Shown here: in pieces, positions 57,776-63,432 of the stretch
Position numbering within the stretch: the first letter of the stretch is position 1
Layout: every line of letters starts with the position of its first letter
From: a bacterium
GTDB lineage: Bacteria; Patescibacteriota; Gracilibacteria; UBA1369; PNNO01
Direction of reading: 5' to 3'
NCBI GenBank assembly: GCA_021158225.1
Contig: JAGGUZ010000015.1
Coordinates: forward strand, 1-63,432
DNA: 63,432 bases
Notes under the pieces: model-generated
What the model was told of the DNA's origin: nothing
What the model saw: only the letters and a program-made list of their open reading frames with translations
Database searches by the model: none
Translations under genes and position numbers: made by a program

Positions 57776-58747
57776 ATGCGTATATTATTATCGAAAATTT
57801 TCTCAAGTTTGGTTGTTGCAACACTTCTTGCTACGAGTTTAATTGCAACGGTTTACGCCTCAAGCTCATATGAATATATTGATGGTTACGGAATGGTTGA
57901 AGTTGAAAATATGAATACATATCCAACTCAATCTGTTGATAACAGCGGAACTTTTGGATTAAGCGTAGATGGTTTTAGGCATATGTGTACTACTACCGGT
58001 GGTGATTGGGATGTCGTAAGTGGAAGGCATGTTTGTTATTGTCCGGCTGGTGGTGAATTTAATTATCCGTTTGGATGTCCTAAAGTTGATCCACAGCCAA
58101 CTTATCCGCAAGATCCTGTTCCACAAGCACCAAGTTACCCACAAGCACCAACCCCACAAGCACCAACTTACCCGGGGAACGAAGATTACGAATATCATGG
58201 TTTTTCGGATATACAAGGGCATAAATACGAATGGTATATAGAACAACTTGCAGATCTTGGAATTATTAAAGGTTATGGAGATGGAAGTTTTCGTCCGGAT
58301 GCTCCTGTATCAAGAGCGGAAATGGCAAAAATGGTTTTAATGGCAGCAAAATTGGAAACTTTACCTTGTGATAATGATAGAAGTAGATTTTTTGCGGATC
58401 TTGATGGATGGGAAGCTCCATGGGTTAATGCAGGTTACAGAATGGACATTATTGAGGGATATAGCGGTGCAAGTGATGGCATACGTTTATTTAAGCCAAA
58501 TAATTATGTCAATCGTGTTGAAGGTGTAAAGCTTGTTTTGGCGGCATTTGGGAGGGAACCTCTTGATATCTGGAAGACTTCATATGCCGATGTCTTTGAT
58601 TGGATGATTCCTTGGGTTGAAGATGCCTACAGAATCGGTTTAATCGATAAACCTTCAAATGGACGATTCTACCCCGGAGATATGATGACTCGCGGTATGG
58701 CGTCGAAAGTTATCGTAAAGATGCTTCAATATTCCGGAGATATTTAG
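57776..58747 (+). CDS. SLH domain protein with a 4-Cys module and Pro/Gln linker
   Basis: Signal peptide; CTTTGGDW...CYCP...GC; PQAP repeats; three SLH repeats (GYGDGSFRPDAPVSRAEMAKMV). Confidence 0.9.
   Translation: MRILLSKIFSSLVVATLLATSLIATVYASSSYEYIDGYGMVEVENMNTYPTQSVDNSGTFGLSVDGFRHMCTTTGGDWDVVSGRHVCYCPAGGEFNYPFGCPKVDPQPTYPQDPVPQAPSYPQAPTPQAPTYPGNEDYEYHGFSDIQGHKYEWYIEQLADLGIIKGYGDGSFRPDAPVSRAEMAKMVLMAAKLETLPCDNDRSRFFADLDGWEAPWVNAGYRMDIIEGYSGASDGIRLFKPNNYVNRVEGVKLVLAAFGREPLDIWKTSYADVFDWMIPWVEDAYRIGLIDKPSNGRFYPGDMMTRGMASKVIVKMLQYSGDI
58091..58173 (+). repeat. Short coding direct repeats CCACAAGCACCAA
   Basis: Three exact copies in 58121-58166 plus a degenerate upstream copy; they encode PQAPSY-PQAPT-PQAPTY. 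Confidence 0.8.
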
Positions 58748-58864
58748 TAAACATTTCAAGGTGTAAGATTCCGCGCTTAAATTTGTTATAAATAGCAGAA
58801 TCATTTCACTATTTGTCATTTTTTGATATAGTGAAGATTGGCGCGCTTCGATAACCTTATAAAT

Positions 58865-60148
58865 ATGTTCTCAAAAAAGACTAATTTGCTCTCTATTATA
58901 AAGAAAGCTGGGTTTGTGATTTTTGATATTCTTATACTTCTATCGCTTATTTTCCTTGCGACAATAGCTGCACGAGCTGACGACACAGGTGTAGAACTTC
59001 TTACAACTACGGACGATGTTTTATATGCTTCCGGCGATGATATTACAGTAACTTTTCAATTGGAAAATTATACGGGAGAAAATATTGCATTGCAGTTTGA
59101 TAACGGATGTCAACTTGGTGTTGAGATTTTTAAATTTTCCGTGGATTCAAACGGTTATACTGTGCCGATTTACAATGAAATTCTTTATAAAAGAAATTGT
59201 ACATTAAATAAAACTACCGTAAATATTCCGGATGGGAAAAAGGCAATTTGGAATAGAACAATAAAAGGTCTTAATTTGCCTTCCGGAGATTATGTGGTGC
59301 ATGCTTATGTTGTCGGATACGAAAATGCAGATTGGGAATTGCAAGATTCCGCTTTTGCTCAAATTAGTGTTGATATTCCCAATGGGGATACGGAGCCGGA
59401 ATACAATGAGAAAAGTTTGCTTTGCAAGGGAATGGGAGGAACTTATGATATGAATGAATGCAGTTGTCCGTCCGATTATGATTGGAGCGAAATTGTTGGT
59501 TGTCAAAAAGATATTGCTACTTTGGAACAATGTGTTTCCGATGGTAAATTTATAGGTTTTTCAACGCAAGATATGTCTTGTATAGAGATGGAAGATATAA
59601 CAAAGCCTCTTAAAAAAACTCCTTTTAGTGATATAGATAATCATTGGGCAAAGCAGTATATAGAAAATCTTTATTCAAGAGGAATTGTTAGCGGTTATGA
59701 AGATGGAACTTTTAGACCGGATTCCTATATTAACAGAGTTGAGTTAACTAAAATGGCACTTTCCGCTGCAGGAATTAAGTCTGAAGATCCAAGCGGTGAC
59801 GATGCTTTTAAATTTAACGATGTTGAAGGATGGGAAACCGAGTGGGTTTATCCGGCTTGGAAGAAAGGGATTGTAAAGGGATATACTGAAACCACTTTTG
59901 CTCCGGGAAAAAACATTACAAGAGCGGAAGCTTTAAAAATTGCTATGCTTGCGTTTGGCGTGGATGTGCCGGATACAAGCAAAAAATGGGCGTTTTCCGA
60001 TACTGTTGGGCATTGGGCTCTCTCGTATATTAATCAAGCTTATTTAGATTTTATTATTGAGGGGAAGACCAAAGATCTTTTTTATCCGGATGACCCGATT
60101 ACAAGGGCGGAATCATCAAAAATTATTAACAATCTTTTAAGTAAATAA
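58865..60148 (+). CDS. SLH domain protein with a BsuPI-like Ig domain and Cys-rich module
   Basis: Signal/TM segment; TFQLENYTGENIALQFDNGCQ...LPSGDYVVHA; CKGMGGTY...CSCP...GC; three SLH repeats. The ATG at 58865 is preferred over the TTG at 58838. Confidence 0.85.
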   Translation: MFSKKTNLLSIIKKAGFVIFDILILLSLIFLATIAARADDTGVELLTTTDDVLYASGDDITVTFQLENYTGENIALQFDNGCQLGVEIFKFSVDSNGYTVPIYNEILYKRNCTLNKTTVNIPDGKKAIWNRTIKGLNLPSGDYVVHAYVVGYENADWELQDSAFAQISVDIPNGDTEPEYNEKSLLCKGMGGTYDMNECSCPSDYDWSEIVGCQKDIATLEQCVSDGKFIGFSTQDMSCIEMEDITKPLKKTPFSDIDNHWAKQYIENLYSRGIVSGYEDGTFRPDSYINRVELTKMALSAAGIKSEDPSGDDAFKFNDVEGWETEWVYPAWKKGIVKGYTETTFAPGKNITRAEALKIAMLAFGVDVPDTSKKWAFSDTVGHWALSYINQAYLDFIIEGKTKDLFYPDDPITRAESSKIINNLLSK

Positions 60149-61784
60149 AAGTAAAATATCCGAAATCTTAGTTGTTGTTTTTGGTCTTATCTTAACATCT
60201 GTTATGTTCGTTTTCGGGTCATTTATGAATTCGATACATGCCAATGTTCTGCAAGTTGGAATATCCGTTGATATGCGAGGGATTCTATTTAATTCTAATA
60301 TGGATATTCCTGTTTTTACGGATAAAACTCCTGATGTTGTTGTCTTGTTGTCGTCGGTTAACAAAGAATACAACGGAGCCGGAGTTTTAACTGTGGATCC
60401 GGATTCAACCGATATTCTTCCTCAAAAAGATCTTTATAGAAAATTTATACTCGATTTAATTAAGAATAATGTTGTTGGTGTAAATGAAGATGCTTTTTTA
60501 CATAACAATGATTTCTTTAAAAGAGTTGAGAAAATCAAAAAAGCCTATCCTTCGGCTCGTATTGTGCCTCTTTTGTTTCAGAAAAATTATAATAAAATAG
60601 ATCCGTATTTGTTATCTAGAGCTATTGCTTCGGATAACCAAAATGTTTGGATAATGGCTGATTTTACAGAAATCTCATCTTCGGAAAAAGCTATTAACAA
60701 TCTTAGAAATGCAATGCTTATGCGTGTAATTAAAAACAAAGAGATATTAAATATAGACAAATTAGCGGTAGATAACACAGCTCCTTTGAAGACATTTATC
60801 TATGCTATGCATTTTTTCGGAGCAAATATTGTAGATACAAAACCAAATTATGTTGTCTTTAAACCTGAAGAATCTTCTAAAGTTGATGGAATAATAACTT
60901 TTATCGGGTTTGGAGACATTATGCTGGATAGGTCGGTAAGAAAATTAATGGATACAAACGGACTTGATTATCCGTTTAGAAATATTACGAGTGAACTTAA
61001 GGGTGTTGATTATGTTTTTGCTAATTTTGAAGGTCCTATTAAAGAGCATGAAGTTCATACAAGTAAATCTATATCATTTAGATTTAAACCGGATGTGTCT
61101 TCCGTAGTTAAGAATGCTGGAATAAATATTGTAAGCATTGCCAACAACCATGCGCTTGATCAAGGATGGGGTGGCAGATCCGACACAATGAAATTTTTAA
61201 AAGAGGCAGGTGTGCGTTATTTTGGTAATCCTAAAAACGAAGCCGAAGGGAATACTTATATAGGCCAAATAGGAGATAAAACGATTGCTTTTATCGGTTT
61301 TGACGATACTATTTTTAAAATTGACGGAAATAAAGCGCGTGAAATGATAGAGAAACTTAAAAAAGTCTCGGATTACGTTATTGTTTCCGTTCACTGGGGG
61401 GTTGAGTATGTTCATCGTCCTACGGAAAGAAAACAATGGCTTGCCCATTTGTTTATAGATTCCGGTGCGGATGCGGTTATCGGTCATCATCCTCATGTGG
61501 TGCAGACTATGGAAATTTATAACGGGAAGCCGATTTTTTATTCGCTTGGGAATTTTGTTTTCGATCAGTATTTTTCGCAAGATACACAGGAGGGACTTGG
61601 AGTAGGCATGATAATAAATAATAATAAAATGAGTATTTATTTGCTTCCATATGCTATAATTAAAAGTCAGCCAGTGTTCATGGAGGATGATGCAAAGACA
61701 GAATTTTTAGAAAAATTTATTCTATGGGGAAATTATGATGAAGACATGGAAAATCTTATAAGAAAAGGAGAGTTTATGTTATAA
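60141..61784 (+). CDS. CapA-family metallophosphoesterase with a degenerate N-terminal domain (first ATG at 60204; the frame is open from 60141)
   Basis: GDIMLDR, ANFEG, ANNHALDQG, VHWGVEY, VIGHHPHVVQ, YSLGNFVFDQ. Confidence 0.88.
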   Translation, partial: VNKSKISEILVVVFGLILTSVMFVFGSFMNSIHANVLQVGISVDMRGILFNSNMDIPVFTDKTPDVVVLLSSVNKEYNGAGVLTVDPDSTDILPQKDLYRKFILDLIKNNVVGVNEDAFLHNNDFFKRVEKIKKAYPSARIVPLLFQKNYNKIDPYLLSRAIASDNQNVWIMADFTEISSSEKAINNLRNAMLMRVIKNKEILNIDKLAVDNTAPLKTFIYAMHFFGANIVDTKPNYVVFKPEESSKVDGIITFIGFGDIMLDRSVRKLMDTNGLDYPFRNITSELKGVDYVFANFEGPIKEHEVHTSKSISFRFKPDVSSVVKNAGINIVSIANNHALDQGWGGRSDTMKFLKEAGVRYFGNPKNEAEGNTYIGQIGDKTIAFIGFDDTIFKIDGNKAREMIEKLKKVSDYVIVSVHWGVEYVHRPTERKQWLAHLFIDSGADAVIGHHPHVVQTMEIYNGKPIFYSLGNFVFDQYFSQDTQEGLGVGMIINNNKMSIYLLPYAIIKSQPVFMEDDAKTEFLEKFILWGNYDEDMENLIRKGEFML

Positions 61785-61849
61785 TAAACTAGAAAAGCCC
61801 TTTAATTTATGCTAAAATTAAAAGAAATATAAATAAACAAATTTTTAAT

Positions 61850-63253
61850 ATGAAAATAGAATTCATTGGAGCGGCCCAAGAAGTAACAGGGTCAAAACAT
61901 TTACTTCATCTTAATGGAAAAAAAATTCTTTTAGATTGTGGGATGTTTCAAGGAAGGCGTAAAAAAGCTGAAGAGAAGAACTCTCATTTCCCGTTCGATC
62001 CAAAAGAGATCGATGCCGTTATTCTTTCGCACGCACATATTGATCATAGCGGTTTACTTCCTTTACTCGTAAAAGAGGGTTTCTCGGGACCGATTTATTG
62101 TACTCATGCAACGAGGGATTTGTGCCAGTATATGTTGCTTGACAGTGCGTATATACAGGAGCGTGAAGCTGAATATATTAACAGGAAAAAACTTAAAAAA
62201 GGTGAACCGCCGATAAAACCTCTTTATAATACGGAAGATGCAAAGAAGGCACTTAATCAATTTTATGGGATTGGGTACGAGAGAACATTTGTTGTGGAAG
62301 AAGGTCTTGTGGCTTGTTTTTATGATGCCGGTCACATTTTGGGGTCTGCGTTGGTTCATTTAATAGCATATGAGAAAGATAAAGATAAAAGGACAAATAT
62401 CGGATTTACCGGAGATCTTGGGCGGAAAAATATCCCTCTCTTAAGGGATCCTCAGCGAATACCGAAATGTGATTATTTCTTAAGTGAATGTACTTATGGA
62501 GACAGACTTCATGAGTCTATTACAGATGCTGAAGATGAGCTGATTAAGATTGTCAATGATACATATAAAAGGGGAGGGAAACTTATTATCCCGGCATTTT
62601 CGGTGGGAAGAACTCAGGAAATTGTTTATAGATTAAATGTTGCTATAAAGCACGGTTATATTCCGAGAGACTTTCCGATTTTTGTTGATAGTCCTCTATC
62701 CGGAAATGTTACGGAAGTTTTCTCCGCTCATCCGGAATGTTTTGATAAAGATACTTACAAAGAGTTTATCGATCATCGTTTGAATCCGTTTGGATTTGGA
62801 AAATTGAAATACATTAGTGATGTTGAGGAGTCAAAGAAATTAAACAATTATCAAGGGCCTTGTATTATTATCTCAGCTTCCGGAATGTGTGAGTTTGGAC
62901 GAATTTTGCATCATTTAAAGAATAATGTTGATGATCCTAAAAACTCTGTTTTGATTGTTGGATATCAGGCCGAGCATACTCTTGGAAGAAGGCTTCAAGA
63001 AGGGAAAAAGATAGTAAATATATTTGGAGAGCCGTACAATGTGCGTGCAAGTATACATTCTATTCGTGCTTTCTCTGCTCATGCTGACAGAAGTGATTTG
63101 CTTGATTACATAAGCCATGTTGAAGGTGTAAAGAAAGTCTTTCTTGTCCATGGAGAAAAAGAGCAGGCCTTTAAATTTAAGGAGTTTCTTGGCGAGAACG
63201 GATTTAAAGATGTTGTTGTTCCCGCTCCCGGAGATATCTTTGAGCTGGAGTAG
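61850..63253 (+). CDS. MBL-fold beta-CASP ribonuclease
   Basis: GAAQEVTGS, LDCGMFQG, SHAHIDHSG, AGHILGS, ECTYG, PAFSVGRTQE, SGMC..GRILHHL, FSAHAD, LVHGE. Confidence 0.95.
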   Translation: MKIEFIGAAQEVTGSKHLLHLNGKKILLDCGMFQGRRKKAEEKNSHFPFDPKEIDAVILSHAHIDHSGLLPLLVKEGFSGPIYCTHATRDLCQYMLLDSAYIQEREAEYINRKKLKKGEPPIKPLYNTEDAKKALNQFYGIGYERTFVVEEGLVACFYDAGHILGSALVHLIAYEKDKDKRTNIGFTGDLGRKNIPLLRDPQRIPKCDYFLSECTYGDRLHESITDAEDELIKIVNDTYKRGGKLIIPAFSVGRTQEIVYRLNVAIKHGYIPRDFPIFVDSPLSGNVTEVFSAHPECFDKDTYKEFIDHRLNPFGFGKLKYISDVEESKKLNNYQGPCIIISASGMCEFGRILHHLKNNVDDPKNSVLIVGYQAEHTLGRRLQEGKKIVNIFGEPYNVRASIHSIRAFSAHADRSDLLDYISHVEGVKKVFLVHGEKEQAFKFKEFLGENGFKDVVVPAPGDIFELE

Positions 63254-63273
63254 ATGACTTGCACAAAAAAGTT

Positions 63274-63301
63274 TTGAATTTTCATGTGGATTGTTTATAA
63301 T
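63274..63301 (+). promoter_or_regulatory. Probable tRNA promoter
   Basis: TTGAAT, 16 nt, TATAAT upstream of tRNA-Gly. Confidence 0.55.
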
Positions 63302-63348
63302 GCTTCTTGCATTTAAACATTTAAAGATGCAATTCTAAATTTAGACGT

Positions 63349-63423
<75 letters not shown>

Positions 63424-63432
63424 AACAAAAAA

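Noticed and set aside
60131..60150. Programmed frameshift fusing the SLH protein to the CapA protein
   Set aside because: It would need a +1 shift with no convincing slippery site, and the downstream frame begins with its own signal-anchor sequence.

Overview
AT-rich, tightly packed bacterial chromosomal segment read in standard code 11 (TGA is used as a stop; the tRNA-Gly has anticodon TCC). The gene content resembles a Patescibacteria/CPR genome, probably Peregrinibacteria-like; this is inference from the giant SLH protein, type IV pilus genes and scarcity of Shine-Dalgarno motifs. Housekeeping genes are thrS, recF, uvrA, rplJ-rplL with an L10 leader, miaA, recJ, a DHH phosphoesterase, yebC, lgt, a DsbA-like oxidoreductase, hisS, tsaD, cca, rlmD, rlmH, a beta-CASP nuclease and tRNA-Gly. 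The main candidate for an undescribed system is a minus-strand block at 14004-38026. It has pilN-like, pilO-like, pilB, pilC and pilin genes, then a 5033-aa multidomain surface protein. Coupled to that protein are four unknown exported helical proteins that all end in Cys-X-stop. A second candidate is a 703-aa orphan (4076-6187) with RelA/SpoT-like motifs, a C-terminal QLSLF clamp-binding consensus and none of the CCGG sites that are common elsewhere in the window. Two small genes missing from the ORF track and a probable non-canonical start codon were also found. All family assignments come from motif recognition by eye; no database searches were run.
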